The notes: a model not told the origin generated them from the sequence alone. A stretch of DNA of 64,000 nucleotides from Eledone cirrhosa (GCA_964016885.1 OZ024741.1:71672001-71736000), one strand, 5' to 3'; shown: positions 15,001 to 27,531, counted from the first letter of the stretch. Translations and numbers: made by a program.

Positions 15001-18000
15001 ACTGAATCAATTATATTGTGGAAGAGTCATTTTAGTCACAGTTGTACTGTGTTGAGACTGAATCAATTATATTGTGGAAGAGTCATTTTAGTCACAGTTG
15101 TACTGTGTTGAGACTGAATTAAATATATTGTGGAAGAGTAATTCTACTCACAGTTGTACTGTGTTGAGACTGAATCAATTATATTGTGGAAGAGTAATTT
15201 TAGTCACAGTTGTACTGTGTTGAGACTGAATCAATTATATTGCGGAAGAGTCATTTTAGTCACAGTTGTACTGTGTTGAGACTGGAGCGGTTATAATGTG
15301 GAAGAGTCATTTTAGTCACAGTTGTACTGTGTTGAGACTGAATCAATTATATTGTGGAAGAGTCATTTTAGTCACAGTTGTACTGTGTTGAGACTGAATC
15401 AATTATATTGTGGAAGAGTCATTTTAGACACAGTTGTACTGTGTTGAGACTGAATCAATTATATTGTGGAAGAGTCATTTTAGTCACAGTTGTACTGTGT
15501 TGAGACTGAATCAGTTATATTGTGGAAGAGTCATTTTAGTCACAGTTGTACTGTGTTGAGACTGAATCAATTATACTGTGGAAGAGTCATTTTAGTCACA
15601 GTTGTACTGTGTTGAGACTGAATCAATTATACTGTGGAAGAGTCATTTTAGTCACAGTTGTACTGTGTTGAGACTGAATCAATTATATTGTGGAAGAGTC
15701 ATTTTAGTCACAGTTGTACTGTGTTGAGACTGAATCAATTATATTGTGGAAGAGTCATTTTAATCACAGTTGTACTGTGTTGAGACTAAATCAATTATAT
15801 TGTGGAAGAGTCATTTTAGTCACAGTTGTACTGTGTTGAGACTGAATCAATTATATTGTGGAAGAGTCATTTTAGTCACAGTTGTACTGTGTTGAGACTG
15901 AATTAACTATATTGTGGAAGAGTAATTTTACTCACAGTTGTACTGTGTTGAGACTGAATCAATTATATTGTGGAAGAGTCATTTTAGTCACAGTTGTACT
16001 GTGTTGAGACTGAATCAATTATATTGTGGAAGAGTCATTTTAGTCACAGTTGTACTGTGTTGAGACTAAATCAATTATATTGTGGAAGAGTCATTTTAGT
16101 CACAGTTGTACTGTGTTGAGACTGAATCAATTATATTGTGGAAGAGTAATTTTAATCACAGTTGTACTGTGTTGAGACTGAATCAATTATACTGTGGAAG
16201 AGTCATTTTAGTCACAGTTGTACTGTGTTGAGCCTGAATCAATTATACTGTGGAAGAGTCATTTTAGTCACAGTTGTACTGTGTTGAGACTGAATCAATT
16301 ATATTGTGGAAGAGTCATTTTAGTCACAGTTGTACTGTGTTGAGACTGAATCAATTATATTGTGGAAGAGTCATTTTAGTCACAGTTGTACTGTGTTGAG
16401 ACTGAATCAATTATATTGTGGAAGAGTCATTTTAGTCACAGTTGTACTGTGTTGAGACTGAATCAATTATACTGTGGAAGAGTCATTTTAGTCACAGTTG
16501 TACTGTGTTGAGACTGAATCAATTATACTGTGGAAGAGTCATTTTAGTCACAGTTGTACTGTGTTGAGACTGAATCAATTATATTGTGGAAGAGTCATTT
16601 TAGTCACAGTTGTACTGTGTTGAGACTGAATCAATTATATTGTGGAAGAGTCATTGTAGTCACAGTTGCACTGTGTTGAGACTGAATCAATTATACTGTG
16701 GAAGAGTCATTTTAGTCACAGTTGTACTGTGTTGAGACTGAATCAATTATACTGTGGAAGAGTCATTTTAGTCACAGTTGTACTGTGTTGAGACTGAATC
16801 AATTATATTGTGGAAGAGTCATTCTAGTCACAGTTGTACTGTGTTGAGACTGAATCAATTATATTGTGGAAGAGTCATTTTAGTCACAGTTGTACTGTGT
16901 TGAGACTGAATCAATTATATTGTGGAAGAGTCATTTTAATCACAGTTGTACTGTGTTGAGACTGAATCAATTATACTGTGGAAGAGTCATTTTAGTCACA
17001 GTTGTACTGTGTTGAGCCTGAATCAATTATACTGTGGAAGAGTCATTTTAGTCACAGTTGTACTGTGTTGAGACTGAATCAATTATATTGTGGAAGAGTC
17101 ATTTTAGTCACAGTTGTACTGTGTTAAACTGAATCAATTATATTGTGGAAGAGTCATTTTAGTCACAGTTGTACTGTGTTGAGACTGGAGCGGTTATAAT
17201 GTGGAAGAGTCATTTTAGTCACAGTTGTACTGTGTTGAGACTGAATCAATTATATTGTGGAAGAGTCATTTTAGTCAGAGTTGTACTGTGTTGAGACTGA
17301 ATCAATTATATTGTGGAAGAGTAATTTTACTCACAGTTGTACTGTGTTGAGACTGAATCAATTATATTGTGGAAGAGTCATTTTAGTCACAGTCATACTG
17401 TGTTGAGACTGAATCAATTATATTGTGGAAGAGTCATTTTAATCACAGTTGTACTGTGTTGAGACTGAATCAATTATATTGTGGAAGAGTCATTTTAATC
17501 ACAGTTGTACTGTGTTGAGACTGAATCAATTATACTGTGGAAGAGTCATTTTAGTCACAGTTGTACTGTGTTGAGCCTGAATCAATTATACTGTGGAAGA
17601 GTCATTTTAGTCACAGTTGTACTGTGTTGAGACTGAATCAATTATATTGTGGAAGAGTCATTTTAGTCACAGTTGTACTGTGTTGAGACTGAATCAATTA
17701 TATTGTGGAAGAGTCATTTTAGTCACAGTTGTACTGTGTTGAGACTGAATCAATTATATTGTGGAAGAGTCATTGTAGTCACAGTTGTACTGTGTTGAGA
17801 CTGAATCAATTATACTGTGGAAGAGTCATTTTAGTCACAGTTGTACTGTGTTGAGCCTGAATCAATTATACTGTGGAAGAGTCATTTTAGTCACAGTTGT
17901 ACTGTGTTGAGACTGAATCAATTATATTGTGGAAGAGTAATTTTAGTCACAGTTGTACTGTGTTGAGACTGAATCAATTATACTGTGGAAGAGTCATTTT

Positions 18001-18573
18001 AGTCACAGTTGTACTGTGTTGAGACTGAATCAATTATACTGTGGAAGAGTCATTTTAGTCACAGTTGTACTGTGTTGAGACTGAATCAATTATATTGTGG
18101 AAGAGTCATTTTAGTCACAGTTGTACTGTGTTGAGACTGAATCAATTATATTGTGGAAGAGTCATTGTAGTCACAGTTGCACTGTGTTGAGACTGAATCA
18201 ATTATACTGTGGAAGAGTCATTTTTGTCACAGTTGTACTGTGTTAAACTGAATCAATTATATTGTGGAAGAGTCATTTTAGTCACAGTTGTACTGTGTTG
18301 AGACTGAATTAATTATATTGTGGAAGAGTCATTTTAGTCACAGTTGTACTGTGTTGAGACTGAATCAATTATATTGTGGAAGAGTCATTTTAGTCACAGT
18401 TGTACTGTGTTAAACTGAATCAATTATATTGTGGAAGAGTCATTTTAGTCACAGTTGTACTGTGTTGAGACTGAATCAATTATACTGTGGAAGAGACATT
18501 TTAGTCACAGTTGTACTGTGTTGAGACTGAATTAATTATATTGTGGAAGAGCCATTTTAGTGACAGTTGTACT
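1..18573. repeat. 56-bp tandem satellite array (~330 monomers; continues beyond the window start)
   Basis: Consensus CATTTTAGTCACAGTTGTACTGTGTTGAGACTGAATCAATTATA(C/T)TGTGGAAGAGT repeated head-to-tail with few substitutions or indels; no unique spacers. Confidence 0.99.
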
Positions 18574-19499
18574 TGTCTGGCAAGTGACTTGATCTAAGAC
18601 TGTGTGTTGAAAAGAAGTAATTGCAGTATGGAAGAATCAGTTTAGCCATTTCTTTCCTTCGTAGTATCAAAATTTTCATCAGATTCTCTGAAATTCTCAG
18701 TGACAATGTCTGTGACCTAGTTACTAGTAGTGATGTTTGTTTATACCCTGCATAAACAAAAACTTCCTGTAGTTTAGGAGTTCAATGCTTAAAGATAAGT
18801 ACGTTATTTAAAAATAGTAGTTGTTGTTTGTGTTATGAAAGATATCCATCTGTAGAATACTGCTTCAAAACGTTTTGTTCAACTCAAGCTTATATGGAAA
18901 AACTGACATAAAAATGATGCTGCTGGTGATTCATTAAATTTGTTTTTTATTGTGTTGTTACCCCTAAATAGTGAGAGACATAGTAAGAAGAATGTTGGGT
19001 GGCAAATAAATCACCCCCCCCCCCCAAGTCTAACAGATTTAAAGTGTAGTCAGAGATGATAGAGGAAATTGATGTTTATGGAAATGGAATCTGACAAGAT
19101 AAAGATTGGAGTGCAGGAGGTAGTAAAACCAATGTATAGTAGTTTGCTATTTTATCTTTTGTCTTCTATTGTGAGGTGGCACTTTGGTGGAGGGGGGGGG
19201 GGGGGGTTGAAATGCAGTTGCAGCTTTAGAAAATGGTATATAGAATGCAACAGAAGCTAGTGAGTTGATGGAATAAAGTCTGCTGATATGGTTGGTACCT
19301 TTATGACCAGATTATTTCTTCTAAGAAGGAAAATGGTATGCAGCCAAAAATAGATATCTTTTGAAGTTTTCCATTACTTAAGAAGACCAAACTATAGACA
19401 ATCGTTTGTAGAATAACTAAATTTTCATCCCACTTCTGCTGCCATACATGTAATGATGGAAGAGTCATTTTAGCCAGTGAAAAAACACAAAAATTTCCA

Positions 19500-19830
19500 A
19501 GTGGAAGAAAGTTGTGATAGAGGATGATCAAGAAAGATGTTGGCAGAGGTGGTGAAAACTGACCTGAAGAAACCACACCTCTCAAAGGAGAGAGGCATGT
19601 GGAGGAAAGCTATAGTAGAGGAAGACCAAGAAACACATGGGTACAGGTGATGAAAGTTAGTCTCAAGAAACCTCACCTCACAAAGGAGATGTCAAAAAAC
19701 AAGTGAATGGAAGATGTAGTAGAGGAAGACCAAGAAAGATGTGGGCAGAAGTAGTGAAAACTGATCTCAAGAAACTTCACTTGACAAAGGAGATGATAAA
19801 GAAAAGAGTAGAGATGCTGTACAGGAGAGA
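19500..19830 (+). mobile_element. Decayed RTE LINE C-terminal fragment, locally triplicated
   Basis: ORF 19703-19906 reads GRPRKMWAEVVKTDLKKLHLTKEM, like [24 protein letters not shown] of the young RTE copies; similar units start at ~19500, ~19600 and ~19705. Confidence 0.65.
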
Positions 19831-20165
19831 ATATAAAAATGATAAAGATAGCTTTACATTTATTATTTATTTTTTGGTATCAAAATTTTCATTGCCCTCT
19901 TTGTGACCTGGTCGATACAGTTCCACTGTGGAAGAGTGGTGTGATGAAAATGTTGACACCAAGATTTAAATAATAAATATAAAGTGAATTTAACAGTTTT
20001 GGCAGGTTTTCTTGAATGGTTAAAATAACTCATCTACATAGTAATTGATTTAGTTTTAACAGTCAATCTTAGATCAAGTACCTTGCTAGATAAATACAAC
20101 TCTGAAACACACAATTATTTTATTGATTTTCTGCAGGTGGGGAATTGATAGTTATTAGAATGTGG

Positions 20166-20350
20166 GACAAAAAGCCTTGTAGTGTTGGTTCTGGCTTTTG
20201 GCACTTTGATTTCAAATCCGGCTGAGGTGAACTTTGCCTGTCATCCTTCTGGGATTGATAAAATAACATAAAGTACCAGTGCAGGGTGATTGATTGGCAG
20301 AATTGTTTGAGTATTCGATCAGATACCTTGTGGTATTTGCCCAAAGTCTT
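20166..20350 (+). mobile_element. Degenerate tRNA-derived SINE pieces
   Basis: TTCAAATCCGGCTGAGGTGAACTTTGCCTGTCATCCTTCTGGGATTGATAAAATAA...GTACCAGT matches the SINE at 25561-25747; it is followed by a second head (TGGCAGAATTG...GAGTTCAAA). Confidence 0.6.
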
Positions 20351-21152
20351 TGTATTCTGAGTTCAAAATTACATTACTTGGGTGGTAGACTTAATCCCTC
20401 ATTTGGTTTAACCACCATTCTCTTGCAAATATTTGGGCCAGGAATCCAGTTTAAGGATACCTTCCTCCCTATTACCAGTCCCAGGGAGGAGGGAGTGAAA
20501 ATGGTCTGTAAAAGGCTGAAAAATGTTATAGTCCCTCCCTTCCTAACTAAACAGTACAGAGGCCCCATTTTACTAACTTAGCAGCACTAGTGATGCTAAT
20601 ACCTTTTCCCACATCTTCAAACTTTTTTCTAAAAAAAACATAAAATCTTTTTTAAATTTGCTAGGACTGGAGGAAAGGGCTATGCCCATGACCTTTGCAG
20701 GTCCTCCAAGACTGGTGGGATTGATGCTGTTGGTGGTTGATTCCTGCAGGGAGAGAATAAAAAAAATAAAATGCTAGCTTTTACTAAGTAAAGATGGATT
20801 TGTGTGTAATGAAACTTTTAAAATACATAAACAAATAAATACATTTGAAACTACTGCCATCACTTCCATCTCACACTTTCCTAACTGATCTATTTTGGTT
20901 GGCAGCCCATGTTTACCTTGATCTAATAGAAAAAGCAACCACACCTCCTTCAAATCTTAACCTACTGTCTTTAAAATAAACTGTTTGAAGGCAATTTTGC
21001 TTGCTAAAGCAGATAGCATTGCAAGCTCCATGACAAGCTTTATACCCATGATGGTCCCCTTTTTAAGGCAGTGTTTTATGGCTGGATGCCCTTTCTAGTA
21101 CTAACCCTTTTAGTTGCTTTTTATGATATGGCATACCTATTTGAAATGGGAT

Positions 21153-21332
21153 ATATACAGCAAATGTCCTCTATACACTGTCTAACAAAATGGCTACAGC
21201 ATCTTTGATCATTGGTCTGCTCTCTCTGGGTTTGCCTCTAATGACATACAAGGATACATACAACAAATATCTTATATACACTTTCTAAAAAAATAGCTGG
21301 AATACCTTTGATCATTGGTTTGCTTGGTCTGG
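21153..21332. repeat. Diverged ~100-bp tandem duplication
   Basis: ATAC(A/G)xCAAAT...TATACACT...CTTTGATCATTGGT...TCTGGG occurs twice (~21153 and ~21255). Confidence 0.6.
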
Positions 21333-21489
21333 GCTGGTGCGTCTGGTGTGAAACAACAGTAATGATTACCGTCACTAATGTGTTGGTATTATAGTATTAT
21401 ATTATAATGTATCTTAATTGTGAAATGATTACTGCACTAATTATCATGGTTGTAATTCGACAATTTTAGAGATTGCTTATGTCAATATA

Positions 21490-21675
21490 TAATTGTTTCT
21501 ACTTTTGACACAAGGCCAGCAATTACCCAGTGCATTATTGGTACTTTATTTTATCGACCCCATAAGGATGAAAGGCAAAGTTAACCTCAGCGGGATTTGA
21601 ACTCAGATCATAAAGGGCCGTAACTCTTTGCTGCAAAGCATGGCGTCCGACCCTCTACCGATACTGCCAATCCAC
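21490..21675 (-). mobile_element. tRNA-derived SINE (octopus OK/Meta-type-like)
   Basis: On the minus strand: A box TGGCAGTATCGG, B box GAGTTCAAATC, central TTTGCCTTTCATCCTT..GGGGTCGATAAAATAAAGTACC, 3' GCTGGCCTTGTG...AGAAACAAT. Confidence 0.85.
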
Positions 21676-21684
21676 AATATATAA

Positions 21685-21895
21685 TGATTTCTTATATAGG
21701 CACAAGGCCAGCAATTTTTTTTTTTGGGGGGGGAAGTCGATTAAATCAACCTCAGTATGTTACTGGTGCTTTATTTTATCGACCCTGTAAGGATGAAAGG
21801 CAAAGTTAACCTCAGCGGGATTTGAACTCAGATCATAAAGGGCCGTAACACTATGTTGCAAAGCATGGTGTCTGACACTCTACTGATACTGCCAT
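21685..21895 (-). mobile_element. tRNA-derived SINE, tandem second copy
   Basis: Same A/B boxes and central domain as 21490-21675. Confidence 0.85.
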
Positions 21896-22041
21896 AATGA
21901 CAATAAAGTTTGAATTAGATGAACCAAGCATCAACCTTTTTGTTACTATATTTCAAATTAAAGGCACTGCTTATGATTTTTAAATCATTTTGAAAATAAC
22001 CAAGAATTTGAAGTGAGTTAATAATATAACTAACTTTCTTA

Positions 22042-22263
22042 TTAACCCTTTAGCATTTAAACCGGCTGTATCCGCCAGAATTCTCTCACCTCTTTCTGTT
22101 CAAACCAATCATAACTGGCCACTCATACTGATGTTAAGGTATTGTTCTCAAAATAAATAGCATCAAATCTCATAGATTCGTTATTATCTGAAATAGTTAT
22201 GTGAGGTAAAGCTTTTACCAAGAAATTATAATAGAAAATATAGAGTAATGTAAATGTTAAAGG
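22042..22263. mobile_element. Possible piggyBac-type MITE remnant
   Basis: Starts TTAA-CCCTTTAGCATTT and ends AAATGTTAAAGG (imperfect reverse complement); the right TTAA is not preserved. Confidence 0.4.
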
Positions 22264-22639
22264 CATTTGGAACTTAATATAACTGAATTCTTAAAATCCT
22301 GTACTGTTTGAAATTGCATTAGTAAGGCATTCTTGAAAAGTACAAAACCGCATTATGGCTACATCACATTAAAAAAAAGTCTTTAATTTATTGCTAATTT
22401 TCGTAATGATCTGTCCAGTTGTAAAGATACTATAAACATTTAAATTAACAACCCCATCTTTAGATATTTTCTCTTAACTTGTTATGGGATGTTTAGAGTT
22501 AACAAAGGTTCTTATACAAAATAATAGTGGAACATTTTTAGATAAATATAAACAATTTAAAATAAGCAACTATGTATTGTAGAGACAGCTGCAGTTTCAA
22601 GCAGTTTGGTATAAAACAGATTAAAACAGGTGGAATAAT

Positions 22640-22715
22640 AGTGGCTGTATTTAGTTATGTCTTCCTGTATTCTGAGTTCAAATCTTGCTAGGCCAGCTTT
22701 ACCTTCCATTTTTCC
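22640..22715 (+). mobile_element. Degenerate SINE head fragment
   Basis: GTATTCTGAGTTCAAATCTTGC...CTTTACCTTCCAT resembles the B box and central domain of the neighbouring SINEs. Confidence 0.5.
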
Positions 22716-22869
22716 AGAATTATTTATTTAATTCATATCAGTGTACTCTCTGAACTTGTTGGCTATAGTTTTTAATGGGACTACACACTGGTTTCCTGCA
22801 GAGGAAGTTACACTGGTTAAAATTCCAGTTTGAACCTCAATTATTAAAACCCCGTAAGAGGTGACTATA

Positions 22870-23200
22870 AGGGAGGGTCGTGGGGGTAGAGTCCTCAGAT
22901 ATGCCTTCCAGTGAGTCATGTCAGACGCGACTGTCTCCAATTGATCTGGCTGGATCCCCAAGTGAGGCCAGTTAAGCTCATGGATGTTATCCAACCATCT
23001 TGCTCAGGGTCTACCCTTGGGTCTCCTGCCGGTTGGTTTTGCTTGTAAAATCTGTCCAGTGATTCTTTCCTTAGACATTCTGAGCACAGTAGAGCTGTTC
23101 TGCTAGAGAATGGGTCACATGTGATGGATAGCAATACGGCCACCAGATATGATGGTTAGTTGCAATATAAGTGGGCTCCTGACATGAATAAGCAATCCTG
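22870..23200 (-). pseudogene. Decayed RTE-clade (Rex3/Expander-like) LINE C-terminus
   Basis: Minus strand reads ...ILQAKPTGRRPKGRP*ARWLDNIHELNWPHLGIQPDQLETVASDMTHWK..., the typical GRPRxRW end of RTE ORFs. Confidence 0.6.
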
Positions 23201-24297
23201 GACCAACACCGGTAAACTACTAGGGGAGATGGAGCAATGAATGACACTGTTAGCTCCTAAGAAAACTCTCACAACCCAGTGATGTAGCTACAACAAAGCA
23301 AGTAAAGACTGCCTCTAAAAAAGCCTAGTCTTCACGGGTCTGAGAAAAGTACCAAGTTGGTGACTGGTGTGAATGAAACCACCAAGACACTACAATATGG
23401 TTAGATGCAATAAAAGCATTCATACTGCATCATTCTTCATGCAAGCTAACAAGGGATGCACTCAGGCATAGGTAGAGCATCCTGTTTGAAAAATATATTG
23501 CAACCTCCATCCAATGCTGTGAGAACTGGTGATGGGTCTACAACCTGTTTTGGGAGGCATGTGATGGACACACAAAGGGTCTAAAAACTGGGATACATGC
23601 AGCATATATATTTTTAGTATATAAATAACGTGGAAGTGAATGGGGAAAAACCCAACATTCTTGTCATATCTGGTGGACATTTATGCTAAAGACTTTTTTA
23701 ATCTAAAGGTTAAAGGAGGAATGAATTTATGATCATAGGTCCTCTATATATTAAATACAGCACTTTCATTCTTGTTAGAGATTTTACCTCCCCCTTGTCA
23801 TTGACAATATATACATGTGTGGGTGTGTGCTTGCAAACATGTATCCCTATTTATCCCTGCCCCCATTCTTTACACTTTTTCTCCAAGTTCAATGTGAGAG
23901 AATAAGTAAAATACTAAATACTGGGTGTATATATATATAGTCTTTTAATAATGTGGTCAGTCATATAATCCTGTCCCTTTTCTCACTCTCCCACTTCCTC
24001 TCTCCCTCTCTATCTTTCTCTCTCTCTGTTAGCCAGTGTTTTGATATTACTATTTCAATGTTAGCAAGGAGAGGAGGGAAGTATAGAGGAATGAGATTTA
24101 AAGAGTAATAACAAGTGGGTCTCTAAGGAGTTGAATTTAGTAGAACTCTATAACTTCCTGTAATGATTTAGCAGAAAGTATCTTAAAAAATAGCTTTGTT
24201 AATTCAAATATTTTAGTGGACAGGTCATTGTGAAAACTTGCAGTATTAGAATAAAGACTTCAATTTTTAATGTGATGCAGTCATAAGTCATATTGCT

Positions 24298-24480
24298 CAT
24301 CATCATCATCATTTTCCAATACTAGCATGGGTTAGACAGGTTGTCCCGTTTGAGACAAATTATGTCAGGTAATTGTGTCTTGTTTATACAGAACTGTTTC
24401 TGTCTTGGTTTCTATAGCTGGATACACTTCCTAATGCCAATCACATTTAGTGTGTGCAGGGAGCTTTTTGTTGTGACTCC
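24298..24480 (-). mobile_element. Old RTE-type 3' UTR/tail fragment
   Basis: (CAT)n, CTAGCATGGGTTAGAC and GTTTCTATAGCTGGATACACTTCCTAATGCCAA match the reverse complement of the RTE 3' end at 55110-55284. Confidence 0.7.
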
Positions 24481-24633
24481 TATATTTTGTATTTTTCAAG
24501 AATGTCTTGCTAATGTGGTTTGTTAATTGAAATGTTTATATTTTTACTAGTGGGTTGATTGTTATAAAAAGTGACAGCATTAGAGTAAAACATTAGAAAT
24601 ATTGTTATTCCAAGAGGATTTCTCCATCCCAAC

Positions 24634-24702
24634 TCTGTGTGTTGTTTCCTTGAGCAAGACACTTTATTTCACATTGCTCCAGTTTACTCAGCTGTAGAAA
24701 TG
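24634..24702 (+). mobile_element. SINE central-domain fragment (same family as 61515-61648)
   Basis: TGTGTTGTTTCCTTGAGCAAGACACTTTATTTCACATTGCTCCAGTTTACTCAGCTGT is near-identical to the reverse complement of 61515-61573. Confidence 0.8.
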
Positions 24703-24741
24703 AGATAATAGGACTGCGGTTCCTATCATTCCACTGCAAAG

Positions 24742-24902
24742 TGATCGTGGAGGTGCCACGGCAAAAAAGCACCCAGCACTCACTGTAAATGCGGTTGGTG
24801 TTAGGAAGGGCATCCAGCTGTAGAAATCAAGCCAGAATCAGTTCCCGTCCCACCCTTGCAAGCAGGGAAACGTGGACGTAAAATGAAATGATGATGATGA
24901 TG
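24742..24902 (+). mobile_element. RTE 3' UTR fragment with (ATG)n tail
   Basis: GATCGTGGAGGTGCCACGGCAAAAAAGCACCCAGC...GGAAGGGCATCCAGCTGTAGAAATCAAGCC...GGACGTAAAATG(ATG)n matches 55021-55284. Confidence 0.85.
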
Positions 24903-25117
24903 GTATATATATAATGTTACTGTTTAGTTGAAGAGGGAAAGGTAGTGCCCATGGCACTTTTCAGGGCCTCTGGTGCTTGCAGTATTAATGGGTCACATGG
25001 TCGTGTTAAACTGGGCAACAAATGAAGTCTGTCACCCAAGTAGACCACTATAAGGAAATATAGAACTTTATTATTCCATTATATAGAAATACAAATTAGT
25101 ATAGTTTATATGAAGTA

Positions 25118-25870
25118 CTAGCTGAGGTACCCAGCTTCGCCTGGATAAACAGATGATAGAGAAAACAGATAGAAAAGAAAACAATTGTATTGGATGCATT
25201 GTCTGGTTTACAGTATGAAGTGAGACTGTGACAAAAAAAAAAAAAGAAAACAAACCGTAAAAAAAATCTTCCAGATAAATCATATTATTCGTTTTACCAT
25301 TTGTGCACAGCATAGGATTTCTAGGTGTTCCCACTTGTGAACAATCTACATATAACTGTCCATGGGTAAAAACCGATTCTCTCATATTCAATCTTACAAC
25401 TGAAACTATGACCCTGAGCTTTATTTATGGTCATGGCGAAACTGGCTCTAACAAGGAACTGAAGTCTTAAGAATTTGAACGACAGCTCAGTAGTGGAAGG
25501 GGTAAAAGGAATCTTGGGAATAAATGCATTTTCTCCTTGCTAATTGCCTAAAAGAATAATTGTTTCTACTTTAGGCACAAGGCCAGCAAAATACCCAGTG
25601 CATTACTGGTACTTTACTTTATCGACCCCGTAAGGATGAAAGGCAAAGTCAACCTCGGTGGGATTTGAACTCAGATCGTAAAGGGACGTAACTCTGCTGG
25701 AAAGCATGGCGTCCGGCCCTCTACCGATACTGCCAATCCACCGCCCCAATTGCCTAAAAGAATAATGACCTCTAGGAGATGGTTCATTATCCACCTGACT
25801 GTTAAGTGTGTCATTACATAGATGGGGCTGGTCCAGATTTCTCAAAAGGATGATGGGAGTCCCAATCTTT
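25118..25870 (-). mobile_element. Helitron 3' portion with PIF1-family helicase pseudogene
   Basis: Minus-strand motifs LRNLDQPHLCN, IPKIP, FAMTINKAQG and VFTHGQLYV; the 3' end has a hairpin CCAGGCGAAGCTGG about 8 nt before a terminal CTAG (25118-25121), followed by T. Confidence 0.85.
25561..25747 (-). mobile_element. Full-length tRNA-derived SINE inserted in the Helitron, 19-bp TSD
   Basis: A/B boxes present; flanked by the direct repeat AATTGCCTAAAAGAATAAT at 25542-25560 and 25748-25766. Confidence 0.92.
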
Positions 25871-26922
25871 TATTTTATATATAGACATAGATAATTATGT
25901 GTGTGTGTAAACCAATTTTTGAATCAAGGGACACTGGCCACAAAACACGAGCACTGCTGACAACACAGAGAAAATCCCATATGGTTGTCTTCTAAAGGAA
26001 ATGGTGAATGATGTTGATGGCGATATGAGCTGGGGGTCCTAACCCCACGAAATACAAAGTAAAATGTAAACTGTTGTTTTGTTTGTTTTTGTCTAATTTT
26101 CACACCTTTATTTTTAACTTTTATTGTCCCAGCTTTCCCAAAATAATCCTAAACAGAATAAAATATTGTTATACTAAGAGAATATAAGACCATTATGAAG
26201 AAATAGAGACTATAGATGTAATTCCAAGAGAATATTAGACCATTACAAGGAAATAGAAAAAAAATACTATTGGGAAATAACCTAACTAGGTCTTTAGGAA
26301 ATATGTTTTAAATCTCACATATTTGAAATAATGCTATAAACCCACACACCACACACACTCACATGTGCACAAACACACACACTTATGTACACACACGTCA
26401 GAAGGAAGGCAAGCAGGTAGAGTTCAGTCACTGCTCCCTCCTCCTCCTCCCAGCTCTATTAGTATCCAAAACAATTAGTAGCCAGACTGCATATACAACC
26501 AAACTACTTACTAATACTTCCTGGGAGATTATTTACCAATTGTCCCTTTTCCCTTCTCTCATTTCTTTCGCACCCCTACCACCCATTGCCACCCTCTCCT
26601 ATTCCATCTCTCACCCCTGATCCACTTCCCTCGCACCCCTTTCTCACTCCTCTCCCACTTTTCTCCCATTTCCCAATATTTCTTACATTGGTTAAAAATA
26701 GCCTACATATTTATACAGTGATGAGGGTTGTGAGGGTGTAAAGTTGATTGCATTGACTCTCCCCACCCAACCCCGTTCATTGTTCCAGTACTTCATGCTA
26801 TGTGTAGTACTATATATTCTATTCAAGGAATGAGAAGTAAAGTTCTTTCTTCCCCTACCTTCCCCACCTCTCCTGAGACAGGATTTGAACTGTGAAAAGG
26901 ACAAAACTAAAAATGTTCTCTC

Positions 26923-27012
26923 ATTTTATCGACCCCTTACGGGGTCGATAAAATAAAGTACCAGTAATGCACTGGGTAATTGCTGGCCTTGTGCCAAAAG
27001 TAGAAACAATTA
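26923..27012 (+). mobile_element. 5'-truncated SINE with 14-bp fold-back at its 5' end
   Basis: ATTTTATCGACCCC-TTAC-GGGGTCGATAAAAT, then the SINE 3' half AAAGTACCAGTAATGCACTGGGT...AGAAACAAT. Confidence 0.8.
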
Positions 27013-27045
27013 TTACTGACATATAGTTGTGAGTAATAATAAACA

Positions 27046-27225
27046 TAATTGTTTCTAATTTAAACCCAAGGTCAGCAATTTGTGGGAGGGGAAGTCAATG
27101 TACTTTATTTCATGAACAAAGGCAAAAGTGACATCAATGAGATTTGAACTCAGAATGTAAAAAGCCACAACAAATACTGTAAAGCATTTTGTCGGATGCT
27201 GTAGCAATTCTGCCAATTAGCTACC
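27046..27225 (-). mobile_element. Degenerate tRNA-derived SINE
   Basis: AAAGGCAAAAG...GATTTGAACTCAGA...AAAGCAT...TTCTGCCAAT, colinear with the other copies. Confidence 0.7.
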
Positions 27226-27531
27226 CAGTGATAATAGAAATAATTGATGATGGGGGATTGGGATGAACATAGGTACATGGCCAGAAATTTTGGGAGGGAG
27301 GAGTTGGTTACATTGATCTCAGCATCTAACTCTAACTGGTACTTTATCGACAGCTGAGAGTAGGCCCATTAACTTTGCCACTTTCACCTGTTTCAGCAAA
27401 TTTATTGCAGAGCAACACCTTTCATTACTCCAAATCACCTTTCTTTTCAACCAGTGATAAACTACTGTTGTTTGTTTGTTACTTGCAAGCAGGGAAAAGC
27501 GGACGTAAAATGATGATGATGATATATATAC

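Noticed and set aside
1-18573. CRISPR array or coding tandem repeat
   Set aside because: No unique spacers or cas genes; the 56-bp unit is not a multiple of 3 and the track lists no ORFs here.
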